NCBI GenBank assembly: GCA_965215265.1
Contig: OZ244048.1
Span: 3,552,001 to 3,616,000 of the forward strand
Length of the DNA stretch: 64,000 bases
Reading direction: 5' to 3'
Source of the DNA: Candidatus Poribacteria bacterium
GTDB taxonomy: Bacteria > Poribacteria > WGA-4E > WGA-3G
Shown: piece after piece, positions 49,311 through 60,016 of the stretch
Position numbering within the stretch: position 1 is the first letter of the stretch
Layout: every line of letters begins with the position of its first letter
Notes under the pieces: model-generated
The model's input: only the letters and a program-made list of their open reading frames with translations
What the model was told of the DNA's origin: nothing
Database searches by the model: none
Program-made: the position numbers and the translations under genes

Positions 49311-51617
49311 TTAAATGGACATGAGTGGTTCTGATTTAATCTGTCCGGCCTGTAGTCGTTCCGCAAGGTACGTATTCCGTTCCATGACTTGATTATTCCT
49401 GATACAGATACCAATTGCGCGTTTCGTTCCAACAAGCACGACCCGTTCCTTAGCACGGGTGATGCCTGTGTAAAGTAAGTTGCGTTGTAACATCAGGTAA
49501 TGTTGCGTGTGCAAAGGGATAACAACCGCCGGGTATTCGCTGCCTTGTGCCTTGTGGATAGTTGTGGCGTATGCTAATACAAGTTCGTTCAAATCTGCCA
49601 TATCGTAATCTACGACTTTATCCGGAAACTGGATCCTTACCTTCTTGTCAACCGCGTTGATACCAATAATCCGCCCAATATCACCGTTAAAGACATCATA
49701 GTCGTAGTTATTGCGTACCTGCATGACCTTATCCCCGACGCGAAATGCCTGCCATCCACGGACGGCTTGTTCAGCATTTGGGTTTAACAGTGCTTGGAGC
49801 CGTTTGTTGAGGTTTTCAGAACCGAGCGTCCCGCGTCGCATCGGACATAAAAGTTGAATATCATCTATGGGATGGTAATTGAAGTGCCGTGGTAAACGCT
49901 CCGCAATTAAAGTGCCTATCAATTCTGCCGCTGCCTCCGGTTCCTCTTCTTCAATAAAGAAAAAATTTCTATTTGTGGCACCCGTGAGTTTTGGAAATTC
50001 TCCGGCGTTAATTTGGTGTGCGTTGGTGACAATCAGGCTCTGCTGTGCCTGCCGAAAAATCTCTGTCAATTTAATCACGGGTATTTTTTCGGAATCGATC
50101 AGGCATCTCAGCACATTTCCGGCACCGACGGAAGGGAGTTGGTCTATATCTCCAATGAGAATGACGGTGGTACCTGGACGAATCGCCTGCATGAAACGAT
50201 TCATCAACACAAGTTCTACCATCGACATTTCGTCTACAATCACCACGTCTGCCTCTAAAGGGTTTTGCCGATTACGTTTAAACGCGTTCCCCTGCGGTGA
50301 AAATTCGAGCAAACGATGTATCGTTTTTGCCTCACGTCCCGTCGTTTCGCTGAGCCGTTTAGCGGCACGTCCGGTTGGCGCTGTCAAAGCAATTCGCCTA
50401 CCTTCTAGTTCAAATAGTCGAATCATTCCAACGGTGGTGGTGGTTTTTCCGGTGCCGGGACCGCCGGTGAGTATCATAGCTTGCTCAGAAAGTGCTGTGT
50501 GAATTGCCTCCCGCTGCTGAAGCGCGAACCGGATGTCCATCTCAGATTCCAATTGGGCCAAGGAGGTGTCAATGTCTGTGCGAGTGTCTGAACCTTGGCT
50601 GTTATTGCTTAACAGCCTCAAAAATTGGTTTGCTACCCCCAACTCAGCATAGTAAAAAGGGGCGAGGTAAACAGCCGTATCTCTCGCTTGGTATTCCTCT
50701 ATAGATTCAACTTCGTATTCTAACGTTTCTTCGTCTAAATCTGGTTCCTCCGGAATTTCTACGACTCCCTTAACGTCTGGCATAGGTACGGCCTTATCAA
50801 TTAAAGGCTGTTCTTCTGGTAGGATAATCTCTTCTTTTTCAGCAAGTGCGGCGATGCCAGCATCAATGGCGATCGGAGCCAGTTCGAGCATTGTTTGACA
50901 TGCCGTAATCAGTTCTGTCTGATGTTGAAAGACATGTCCTTCATCAGCCTTTTGACTGAGTACGTATTTGATACCAGCCTGCACGCGGTGGGGGGAGTCC
51001 TTATCTACACCGAGTTTTTGTGCGATTGTATCGGCGGTTACGAAACCGATGCCATAAATGTCATCAGCGAGACGGTACGGATTCTCACGAACCAGCGCAA
51101 TCGCCTCATTTTGGTAGGTCTTGTAAATTTTTGCAGCATGTGCCGTGCTGACATCGTGCGATTGCAAAAAGAGCATAACATTTTTAATTTCGCGTTGTGC
51201 CTCCCACGCTTGCTGAATACTCTTCACCCGTTTTCTGCCGATACCGGGCACGCGTGCTAAGTTGCCGGGTGCTTGCTCAATGACATCCATCGTATCCATC
51301 CCGAATGTGTTGACAATCCGGGTAGCCATTTTTGGGCCAATACCTTTAATCAGGCCGGAACCGAGATATTTTCTCAAACCGACGACATTAGCAGGGAGAA
51401 TGGTTTCGTACTTTTCAATTTTGAACTGCCTGCCATACCTCGGACTTTCTACCCAATTGCCTTGTAGGAGTAAACTTTCGCCTGGATTGACAGAGGCCAA
51501 GTTCCCGACAATCGTGACAAGTTCAGGGTACTCACGCGAGGAAAGCCTGCCCACAGTGTAGCCGTTATCAGGATTTTCAAAAACAATACGTTCAAGAATG
51601 CCGCGAAGCGTTTCCAT
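49311..51617 (-). CDS. recD2: ATP-dependent RecD-like DNA helicase
   Basis: GIGPK HhH, GGPGTGKT, DEMSM and TIHKAQGSE. Confidence 0.93.
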   Translation of the reverse strand: METLRGILERIVFENPDNGYTVGRLSSREYPELVTIVGNLASVNPGESLLLQGNWVESPRYGRQFKIEKYETILPANVVGLRKYLGSGLIKGIGPKMATRIVNTFGMDTMDVIEQAPGNLARVPGIGRKRVKSIQQAWEAQREIKNVMLFLQSHDVSTAHAAKIYKTYQNEAIALVRENPYRLADDIYGIGFVTADTIAQKLGVDKDSPHRVQAGIKYVLSQKADEGHVFQHQTELITACQTMLELAPIAIDAGIAALAEKEEIILPEEQPLIDKAVPMPDVKGVVEIPEEPDLDEETLEYEVESIEEYQARDTAVYLAPFYYAELGVANQFLRLLSNNSQGSDTRTDIDTSLAQLESEMDIRFALQQREAIHTALSEQAMILTGGPGTGKTTTTVGMIRLFELEGRRIALTAPTGRAAKRLSETTGREAKTIHRLLEFSPQGNAFKRNRQNPLEADVVIVDEMSMVELVLMNRFMQAIRPGTTVILIGDIDQLPSVGAGNVLRCLIDSEKIPVIKLTEIFRQAQQSLIVTNAHQINAGEFPKLTGATNRNFFFIEEEEPEAAAELIGTLIAERLPRHFNYHPIDDIQLLCPMRRGTLGSENLNKRLQALLNPNAEQAVRGWQAFRVGDKVMQVRNNYDYDVFNGDIGRIIGINAVDKKVRIQFPDKVVDYDMADLNELVLAYATTIHKAQGSEYPAVVIPLHTQHYLMLQRNLLYTGITRAKERVVLVGTKRAIGICIRNNQVMERNTYLAERLQAGQIKSEPLMSI

Positions 51618-51624
51618 GAGGCAC

Positions 51625-52857
51625 CTATTCAAGTTTAGACATAAGCTTCCGAAAAGCGTTCAATTGTGGTAGAATGACGTGTGGTTCATCCGTTTGCTTC
51701 TCAAGTGCTTCCACAGTTTTGAGTCCGTTCCCTGTAATAGCGACAACGATCCGTTCATCACGTCCGATGCACCCAGTCTCAATAAGTTTTTTCGCTGCAG
51801 CGAGCGTTACACCGCCTGCGGTCTCTGTGAAAATCCCCTCTGTAGAGGCGAGGAGTTTTATCGCTTCAATAATCTCGTCATCAGTGGCATGTTCACCGGC
51901 ACCGCCCGATTTACGGACTGTATCCGCTGCATAGATACCATCGGCAGGATTACCAATTGCTAACGACTTAGCAATGGTATTCGGTTTAACCGGTTTGACA
52001 AAATCACTTTCTTCTTTAAGTGTGTTGACAATTGGGCCACAACCTTCCGCTTGCGCGACGTGAATCTGGGTTGTGGGTTTATCTATTAAACCCAACAAGT
52101 GGAATTCCTTCAGTGCCTTGCCAATTTTTGTGATAAGTGAGCCGCCAGCTGCAGGTGCGATGATGTGGTCCGGTGCCGCCCAACCGAGCTGCTCGATTAA
52201 TTCAAAACAGAGGGTTTTAGAACCTTCTGCGTAGAAGGGCCGGATATTAATGTTTACAAACGCCCAAGGATAGACACCGGCAATCTCACTGCACAGACGG
52301 TTGACTTCATCGTAGGAACCCATGATGCCAACTACGGTAGGCGCGTAAACCAGCGAAGCAACAACTTTCCCTAGTTCCAAGTCTGCAGGGATAAAAATAT
52401 AACAATTTAAATTAGCAATTGCAGCATGCGCAGCGACTGAATTCGCCAAGTTGCCTGTAGATGCACACGATACCGTATCAAAATCAAATTCCTTTGCTTT
52501 GCTTAGGGCAATCGCCACAACCCGGTCCTTGAAAGAGAGCGTCGGATGGCAGACCGAATCGTCTTTTATATAAAGGTGTTTCACACCCAGCGCGTCACCG
52601 AGATTTTTTGCATGAATGAACGGAGTAAAGCCTGAGTTCAAACCATCTGTCGGTTCTCCATCAATGGGCAGCAAATCAATGTAGCGCCACAAACTTGCAG
52701 GTCCTCGCTCAATTGAACGTCTTGAGATTTTTTTTTGAATTACTTCATAATTATAGTCCACTTCTAGTGGACCGAAACAGAACTCGCAAACGTGAAACGG
52801 TGCTTTTGGGTACTTCCGTTCACATTCACGGCATTTTAAGCCCAATACTTTTTCCAT
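51625..52857 (-). CDS. thrC: Threonine synthase
   Basis: PTLSFKDR, ASTGNLA and TGNGLK. Confidence 0.9.
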   Translation of the reverse strand: MEKVLGLKCRECERKYPKAPFHVCEFCFGPLEVDYNYEVIQKKISRRSIERGPASLWRYIDLLPIDGEPTDGLNSGFTPFIHAKNLGDALGVKHLYIKDDSVCHPTLSFKDRVVAIALSKAKEFDFDTVSCASTGNLANSVAAHAAIANLNCYIFIPADLELGKVVASLVYAPTVVGIMGSYDEVNRLCSEIAGVYPWAFVNINIRPFYAEGSKTLCFELIEQLGWAAPDHIIAPAAGGSLITKIGKALKEFHLLGLIDKPTTQIHVAQAEGCGPIVNTLKEESDFVKPVKPNTIAKSLAIGNPADGIYAADTVRKSGGAGEHATDDEIIEAIKLLASTEGIFTETAGGVTLAAAKKLIETGCIGRDERIVVAITGNGLKTVEALEKQTDEPHVILPQLNAFRKLMSKLE

Positions 52858-52980
52858 TTTTAATATATGCCTCGTACTATCAAAGTGCTTTTTTCGCGAT
52901 TTTGCCAGGTAGAATTTTCATCACCAGAGGTCTTGATTTATCGCACAGGACATCACCATTTTAATGTAGAATGCAGGAAA

Positions 52981-54285
52981 CTAAATGGTTAAGATAATTT
53001 CGAAATCGTTGTTTCCGGGCTGCAATGCGATGCGCGCAAACAGTAGATGTGCACCTATCCAAGTGACATCCTCCACGTTAGACTCTGCTAACTGTAAACC
53101 GACGTGGTCTCCCCAGAGTGCTACACCGTAGGGCATCGGCTTCGTAGATTCAATATTAAAGGCGATGTGCAATCGAGACCTGTTTCTGCGGGTCATAAAC
53201 TGTGCCATCTTCGGCAAATGATACTCACTTCCGTGGGATACAACAGTCGTCTCAGAGACAGGCGGTGAAATGTAGTTTTTCATCTCAATCGGCTCCATCG
53301 CATCCTCGGTAAATGTGAACTGACATTCTGCATCATAATAAAAAAACGTTGTTTTCTCTGTTTCAGGTACAGGGGCTCCGTTGTACATACATGGATGTGC
53401 GAGTACACAAGTTGGCTCGGTCTGCTGGCAATTTTTCTGGTAATCGTTAACCATTTTCGAGACGGGTAGGAGCGTTGTGTTTTCTCCGCGGGACACATGT
53501 GCCAAATACGAATCCAATCGTTCTAACATCTCCGTTCCTAACTCAATAACTTCAAGGGCATTGAGATGTTGAACGTAGCTTAACCATCGATTCCAGTCCG
53601 TATTCTGCAGGTAGACATCGTAACTTTTCATACCCTTTAAGAGAGATGCCCGGAGATTACCCTCACCATTATCGATAGAAGCGGATGATAGATACGGAAT
53701 GCCCACTATTCCTGGTGCTGACGGTGCGCTGAAATTATGCTGTTCGGCAGACGGATAAAAACAGCCGAACGGGCATCCTGCATCGGTTTCTGTATCGGCG
53801 TGATTGTACCCCCATAAACCCTTAAACTGTGCTGTTTCCAAAGCGTGCAACAGAACATGGTGTTTCCAAGTCGCGCCTGCAACAATCGGTGTCGTGCAAG
53901 GAATTGCGCGTTTAAGTTTATCGCATTCGTTACTAACAAATTGCGGCAGTTTTTCGCGCATTCTGACGAGATGTTCTGCAGCTGCCGTGGTGGTAACTGG
54001 CGTGTTGATTAGACTCTCGAAATCGTCGACACCTTCCGCTGCCAGGTCCGCGTCCCATAAAGGTTTAACATCTAGCATAAGCAACGGTTCGTCGCCATAT
54101 TCGGTATGCCACGTGTTAATATCATTCGCTAAAAATCTGGCGGATTCAGCTGTGCATGCCCATGTTATCGGGATGCCGTATTTGTGTGCCATTTTTGCTA
54201 ACAGACGTGTACCATCACGCAGCTTCCGCCGGTTGTTCTCGTCTGAAGCGGCTGCGATAGCAGTGCTTACGAGTGCGTAGTTCAT
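52981..54285 (-). CDS. Hypothetical protein (possible polysaccharide-deacetylase-like fold)
   Basis: 434-aa ORF with HKYGIPITWA and GCPFGCFYPS. No firm family call. Confidence 0.6.
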   Translation of the reverse strand: MNYALVSTAIAAASDENNRRKLRDGTRLLAKMAHKYGIPITWACTAESARFLANDINTWHTEYGDEPLLMLDVKPLWDADLAAEGVDDFESLINTPVTTTAAAEHLVRMREKLPQFVSNECDKLKRAIPCTTPIVAGATWKHHVLLHALETAQFKGLWGYNHADTETDAGCPFGCFYPSAEQHNFSAPSAPGIVGIPYLSSASIDNGEGNLRASLLKGMKSYDVYLQNTDWNRWLSYVQHLNALEVIELGTEMLERLDSYLAHVSRGENTTLLPVSKMVNDYQKNCQQTEPTCVLAHPCMYNGAPVPETEKTTFFYYDAECQFTFTEDAMEPIEMKNYISPPVSETTVVSHGSEYHLPKMAQFMTRRNRSRLHIAFNIESTKPMPYGVALWGDHVGLQLAESNVEDVTWIGAHLLFARIALQPGNNDFEIILTI

Positions 54286-54290
54286 CTTTT

Positions 54291-54998
54291 CTATTCTAAA
54301 AACACGGTAACACCCATCTCTGCATACTTTTCGCGTGTGCTCGGGTTGCCGTTTCTAAAGCAGACAGCGGTAGGACTGCCGTCTAACGCTTTGACAACGT
54401 ACTCAACACAAGCATCCACGGTTTGGAGCGCGTGATGTGGATGACTTTCAATGCTAAACGTCAAATCCGCCGGCCCGAAGGAGAGACAATCAACGCCTGC
54501 TTTTGCGAGTCTACTAGCATGTGTTACCGCCTCAATTGATTCTATTTGCATCCAGAGAATGCCGTAATTATTCCACCAGTCTGCATATTCAAGCCGTTCC
54601 TGACCGGCTGAATTTTTTCTCGCCGCGCCCCCCCAACTGCGGAGGCCCTGCTGCGGATAGTAAAATGCCTCCACGGCCTCATCCACCGTCGACTCTAATT
54701 CCACCTGCGGCACCTCAATCCCAGAGGGCCCCAAGTCGAGATAGTTCCCGATGAGATAGGCATTTCGGGTGTGTTTAATCCGAAAGTTGACCTGGATATC
54801 CAGTTCATCTGCCAGATCACAGAAAGCAACGAGCCGATCTTCACTGTAGGCAGAATGTTGGCTATCCACTGCAACAAAGTCGTACCCACCCTCTTCAACT
54901 CTTTTGGCTAGACTGTCGCGGGGTGTCATCATTGAGACAGAAGCACCGTACACATGCTCGCCATCGCGAATCCGCTGTTTCAAATTTTTTGTTGACAT
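54291..54998 (-). CDS. HpcH/HpaI aldolase family protein
   Basis: VDSQHS, LDLG..VPQVE, QIES and FGPADL. Confidence 0.88.
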   Translation of the reverse strand: MSTKNLKQRIRDGEHVYGASVSMMTPRDSLAKRVEEGGYDFVAVDSQHSAYSEDRLVAFCDLADELDIQVNFRIKHTRNAYLIGNYLDLGPSGIEVPQVELESTVDEAVEAFYYPQQGLRSWGGAARKNSAGQERLEYADWWNNYGILWMQIESIEAVTHASRLAKAGVDCLSFGPADLTFSIESHPHHALQTVDACVEYVVKALDGSPTAVCFRNGNPSTREKYAEMGVTVFLE

Positions 54999-55282
54999 AG
55001 GTTGGTCTCCCTTACTAACCTGTTCCCATTTAACTTCGTTTGATAAATCCGTTGGATAGTTTCCCTATAATTATACCCTAAAAAACGGTGTTACGTCAAC
55101 TGATTTATAGAGTGCTCCCAAATTTTCACTTCCCCACCATTTTTTGTAGAACGCTTCCGAGAAAGCGGTTGAGCAGATACCGCTTTTGGGATGACTTGAC
55201 ACGGTACCTCACACAGACACCCCGCCATCGCACCTACTGTCAACTCACAAAAAAATGGGGTAAATGAAGTTCCCAAATTCGC

Positions 55283-55312
55283 TTGACAAATTCCCATTTT
55301 TTATCCTATACT
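55283..55312 (+). promoter_or_regulatory. Sigma70-type promoter
   Basis: TTGACA-N18-TATACT upstream of the AAGGAG RBS of 55349. Confidence 0.55.
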
Positions 55313-55348
55313 TTAAGACACGACCTGAAATAAGAAGGAGCTGTCCCA

Positions 55349-56374
55349 ATGTATCGTGTCGGTATTATAGGTTTAGGCAACATTGCTTCGCGCTATTCAA
55401 ATCCTGATAATCCTTATCCGTATTGCCACGTCGGTGGTATCCGTTTTTGTGAAACGACCGAATTGACAGCCGTCGCAGACATGTCCCATGAACGTCAGAC
55501 AGAGTTCCGACAGACGTGGGGCCCCGCATTTCCAGAGCACACTATCAACTACTACGAAACAGACGTAGAGATGCTCGAAAACGAAAGTTTAGATATCGTG
55601 GCTGTCTGTGTCCGCGGACCTCATCATTACAAAGTGATGCAAAACGTATTGAAGGCGGATATCAAGGCAATCTTTCTTGAAAAACCGGCAGGCTGTTCGC
55701 TTGAAGAAGTGGATGCGATGACATCCGGTGCTGACGCAAAAGGAATTCCTATTATTGTGGATTATACGCGGCATTGGGGCCCGTATCTCATTCACCTGCA
55801 ATCACTTATCCGAGATGGCCTTATCGGTGAGGTCCAAAGCGTTATCGGCTACTGTGGAGGTGGTGTCCTATCATTCGCCATCCATACAACAGACATGATC
55901 TGCCAATTCGCGGGCTATGACCCAATTTCAGTAACCGGATTTGTGGAAGGCGGCGGAAACGTTCCTGAACCTTACGAACCGGAACCCGCGATTGTCGGTT
56001 CAACGATTCGCTTTGCAACGGGTGTTGTCGCTCACCACTTAGGAAACCATGGTGCACGAGTCCCTTTTTCCGTTGATATCTTCGGCAGTAAAGGAACCGT
56101 GAGCACGGGTTTTTATACGAACACGGTTATACATGCAGAAGGAGAATTGGTTGACACGAGCAGGCTCGGTTTTCCTGAAAACGCGAGTCCTTTCAAAGTC
56201 GCTTACAAACAGATTACGGATTACCTGGATGGCGGACCACTCCCGGATTGTGCACGTGATGATTATACGGCCGTTAACGAGCTCGGTTTCGCTACAATTG
56301 AGAGTGGGTTAACAGCTCAAACGATACAGCTGCCGTGCCGAAACAGGAAACGGCTCATCTTCGCGAACGGCTGA
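55349..56374 (+). CDS. Gfo/Idh/MocA oxidoreductase
   Basis: GIIGLGNI and FLEKP. Confidence 0.88.
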   Translation: MYRVGIIGLGNIASRYSNPDNPYPYCHVGGIRFCETTELTAVADMSHERQTEFRQTWGPAFPEHTINYYETDVEMLENESLDIVAVCVRGPHHYKVMQNVLKADIKAIFLEKPAGCSLEEVDAMTSGADAKGIPIIVDYTRHWGPYLIHLQSLIRDGLIGEVQSVIGYCGGGVLSFAIHTTDMICQFAGYDPISVTGFVEGGGNVPEPYEPEPAIVGSTIRFATGVVAHHLGNHGARVPFSVDIFGSKGTVSTGFYTNTVIHAEGELVDTSRLGFPENASPFKVAYKQITDYLDGGPLPDCARDDYTAVNELGFATIESGLTAQTIQLPCRNRKRLIFANG

Positions 56375-56430
56375 TACGATGAAGTCCGGACGAGCCTCGC
56401 TACCAAATCAGGAAGTGATAAGGTACACAC

Positions 56431-57165
56431 ATGGCATCTTTCAAGGAACTGAATCTCACATCCCGTCTCTTTATGATGAGTTACGGTTACAAACGTTACC
56501 ACACAACCCCGTGTGCGCCGCTGCAGCTGCCGCTGAGCCGATGCCGGGTCGCGCTGATTACGACTGCCGGTTTCTATCTCCCTGAGCAACAGCCTTTTGA
56601 TAAAGCGGTGAGGAGCGGTGATTTTTCATATCGTGAGATTCCGAATACCGTTGCAACCCAAACGCTCTATCACGCGCATAAGACAGAAATCTACCATGAA
56701 AGTGCGAAGCTATTCGATCCAAACCTCGTCTTTCCGCTAGATCGATTTCGTGAATTGGAGGACAGCAGCACAATCGGGGGACTCAACCACAGACACTTCA
56801 GTTTTATGGGTTCCATCCTGCAACCGCGGCAGCTAATTGTAGAAACTGCCCCAGAAGTTGCACGGCACCTTGTAGCAGATAACGTGGACATAGTGTTTCT
56901 GACCCCCTTCTGACCGATGTGCAATCAATCTGTAGGATTGATACAACGTGCTATTGAAGAGAACGGTATCTCCACGGTCTCAATCGCGCTTGTTAAGAGT
57001 ATTGCAAGGAAGGTCAAACCTCCACGTGCACTGTTAGTGCCTTATCAATTCGGGCATCCGCTTGGAGAACCGGACAACCCTAAGTTACAACACGAGATTA
57101 TCGCTGAAGCGCTCGCGCTGCTACAGGATGAATCCCCAGTGCCGATTCTACGAGAAAAAACGTGA
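56431..57165 (+). CDS. GrdB/PrdB-like reductase selenoprotein B family (UGA-Sec, UxxC)
   Basis: VALITTAG, DPNLVFPLDR and SFMG, then LTPF-TGA(56911)-PMCNQSVGLIQRAIEENGISTV in frame. SECIS-like hairpin ATCAATC-TGTAG-GATTGAT. Confidence 0.85.
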
Positions 57166-57193
57166 TCGGTGAAAAAAAAAGGAGCCGATTCAA

Positions 57194-58255
57194 ATGGATA
57201 AACTCAGAGTTGGTATTATTGGATGCGGTGGCATATTCCGAAGTCTACACGCGCCGTATTATGAAGAACCGACGCGACACGGTGATATCGTTGCCGTCGC
57301 TGACCTCAACGAAGCCGCTGCGACAGAACAAGCCGCCCGCTTCGGGGCAGAGGCGTATACCGATTATCGTGCACTGCTTGACAACTCGGATATAGATGCC
57401 GTCGATGTGTGTGTGCACCCGCGGCCGCATTGTGAGATAACGCACGCTGCTGCCGCCGCAGGCAAACACATTCTGATGGAAAAGCCGATGTGTTGCAACG
57501 TCACCGAGGGCGATGAAATGATTAGCGCCGCTGAAAATGCCGGAGTCCTTTTGATGGTGGCATACATGATGCGGTTCGATCCGGGACATAAGAAGTTAAA
57601 GGCGTTACTGGATGATGGGACACTTGGCACTTTGGAGATGGCGTATTCTAATCAGGTGAGCTGGTTTTCACCGGAGCGGCACCCTTGGCTTTTTGTCAAG
57701 GCGGAATCCGGAGGCATGCTCGTTGAACAAGCCATCCACCATCTGGATATCTGGTTGTGGTTATACGGGGCCGCAGAATCTGTCTACGGTGTCACAAGCC
57801 ATGTACCGTTAGGGGGAACTTACCCGGAACCAGACGAAGCAGTCGAGAACAACGCAGTGCTAACCATCCGTTTCAAAAACGGGGGCGTTGGTATGATGAT
57901 TAAGAGTTGGGCAGCGCAAATTGGGAATAGCGGGAACGGGCTCGTTGCTAGCAACGGCTCCGCAACCCTCATCCGACATGGGCTGCGGTGGCAAACACAC
58001 GAGATGCCGGCAGCAGAAGAATTCACTGCTTCGGTACCCGATGATGCTACATACCGCAATATCCCGCCAGCACAACGGGAACAACGGTATTGGAGCGTAG
58101 CGGCGAAAGGGGCAAGTATTGCACATTGGCTGGAGTGCATTGCCGGCGAAGCAGAGCCGACAACCCATGGCAGTATCGGGCGCGCCGGCATTGAGTTGGC
58201 AGAGGCGGTGTATCGCTCCGCGGATACCGGCACACCTATCGTACTCCCGCTGTAG
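57194..58255 (+). CDS. Gfo/Idh/MocA oxidoreductase
   Basis: GIIGCGGI, MEKP and GGMLVEQAIHHLD. Confidence 0.9.
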   Translation: MDKLRVGIIGCGGIFRSLHAPYYEEPTRHGDIVAVADLNEAAATEQAARFGAEAYTDYRALLDNSDIDAVDVCVHPRPHCEITHAAAAAGKHILMEKPMCCNVTEGDEMISAAENAGVLLMVAYMMRFDPGHKKLKALLDDGTLGTLEMAYSNQVSWFSPERHPWLFVKAESGGMLVEQAIHHLDIWLWLYGAAESVYGVTSHVPLGGTYPEPDEAVENNAVLTIRFKNGGVGMMIKSWAAQIGNSGNGLVASNGSATLIRHGLRWQTHEMPAAEEFTASVPDDATYRNIPPAQREQRYWSVAAKGASIAHWLECIAGEAEPTTHGSIGRAGIELAEAVYRSADTGTPIVLPL

Positions 58256-58263
58256 TACCGCCA

Positions 58264-59349
58264 TTAGACCTCAGGCACCCTCACTGCGACCTCTTTCCCA
58301 GCTTCATGCGAACGGAAAATCCCGTCCATGATGACATTCGTGAGCAGCACGCCGTCCGGTGGTATCAGTGAGGGGCGCTCCGCTTTTACCGCTTCACGGA
58401 ACGCGGTCATCTGCGCTTCCCAGACATCAACCTCTGGAAATCCACTAAAGCGGATTGTCGTCATGCCCTCCGGCGGATTCGCTTCAGCCGTGAGTCCCTC
58501 TGCTGCGACGAGTTTCTTGAGCTCATCGGTGTACGCATCAGCATACACAACAGGTCCGTCTAAAGAGATGCCTGCCTCTCTGCCCAAGCAGAAACTACCG
58601 CCGAGCGAATCTTGATGGACCGCCCAAGAGATTTTAAACACCATTACACCACCGTTCTCAAACCGGACCCAGGCGGCACCGAACTCTTCGACATCCATAA
58701 TCCCACGCCATCTCGGATCTTGCTGGGAGATATAATCCTCTGTGATAGCAGAGACACGCACCGGTTTTGGATACCCCATTGCATATAAGGAGTTATGCAT
58801 GTTGTATACCCCGATATCAACCGTTGCCCCCGCGCCGGCTGTTTCTTTATAAATGAATGTACGCCCCGGGTTCCCACGCCGCCGGCATCCTGCCGATTCA
58901 GAATAATAGATGTCACCGAGTAATCCGGCATCAACGACTTTTTTAGCAAATTGGAGCCTCGGATTAAACGTACTATGGATGCCGATCTGTAAGATTTTAC
59001 CCGAGGCCTTCGCCGCACGTACCATAGCTGCTGCGTCCGATAGCCTTGCCGCCATCGGTTTCTCACAGAAAACGTGCTTACCTGCATTCAACGCTGCAAC
59101 TGTGGGCCGGCGATGCCCCTGATTGTAAGTACAAACGCTGACCGTGTCAATCTCGTCCATTTCAAGCATCTTGTTGTAACTTCTGAAGACATGTTTCTTC
59201 GGGACACCCCACTCTTCGGCTGCCTTTCGTGCCTTACCTTGAAAAATATCACACACAGCGACAATCTCAAAACCGCCGGCTTTCTGATAGGCTCTCTGGT
59301 GTGCACGTGAAATTCCACCCGTACCAACGATACCTACTCGAATAGTCAT
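58264..59349 (-). CDS. Gfo/Idh/MocA oxidoreductase
   Basis: GIVGTGGI, CEKP and DIGVY. Confidence 0.9.
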   Translation of the reverse strand: MTIRVGIVGTGGISRAHQRAYQKAGGFEIVAVCDIFQGKARKAAEEWGVPKKHVFRSYNKMLEMDEIDTVSVCTYNQGHRRPTVAALNAGKHVFCEKPMAARLSDAAAMVRAAKASGKILQIGIHSTFNPRLQFAKKVVDAGLLGDIYYSESAGCRRRGNPGRTFIYKETAGAGATVDIGVYNMHNSLYAMGYPKPVRVSAITEDYISQQDPRWRGIMDVEEFGAAWVRFENGGVMVFKISWAVHQDSLGGSFCLGREAGISLDGPVVYADAYTDELKKLVAAEGLTAEANPPEGMTTIRFSGFPEVDVWEAQMTAFREAVKAERPSLIPPDGVLLTNVIMDGIFRSHEAGKEVAVRVPEV

Positions 59350-59629
59350 GTTGTCATTTCCTTATCGGTTATCTGCCTTCGCAAGAGGCACCGCTCTCTC
59401 TTTCTATGATGATGTGATTGTCAGAGAACGTTATCTCCAGCGCTACAAAAAATTGAATTGATGCCTAATTATAAATGAGACTCGGGTAGAATGCAAGAGA
59501 AAAATAGACCTCACTTCCCCCGATTTTTGTAGCAGGCTGTTGAGAAACGGGTTGAGACGAAAAAAGAGAGACAATCCCCTAATACCCGTTATTAGGGGGC
59601 CGATACGGTTCCCTCTGCCGACCTTATTT

Positions 59630-59989
59630 TCACTTGAGCTTGTAACGATTTGTCTCGGGTTGCCACTCGCGAATGAGTTGCGTTTCTAAGGCGAGCGTCT
59701 GCTCCCGATCTTCGGTGAATGTCACAGAAAAGTGAACCCACTCACCGAACATGCGGAGTTGGTTACGAAGCTCAGGATTCTTCTCATCGGAAAGATGCTG
59801 TAGCAGCCGCCGCCGAACACAAGTGGTAGACACACCCGCGTAGAGACGTTCATAGGCTGTTTCTTCACCGTCATTGGTGAGGAGCCATAGTGCGTAGAGT
59901 CCACACCGCCCTTTTGGCAGCTGCAACACTGCCTCGCGGGTAAACGACTCACGCTTCTGCTCAAGCTGATATTTGATATTAAAAAGCAT
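59630..59989 (-). CDS. GIY-YIG nuclease family protein
   Basis: GLYAL...LYAGVS..VRRRLLQH...LETQLI..PETN. Confidence 0.75.
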   Translation of the reverse strand: MLFNIKYQLEQKRESFTREAVLQLPKGRCGLYALWLLTNDGEETAYERLYAGVSTTCVRRRLLQHLSDEKNPELRNQLRMFGEWVHFSVTFTEDREQTLALETQLIREWQPETNRYKLK

Positions 59990-60016
59990 CGTATATGAGA
60001 TTCCGGATTGGTTCGT

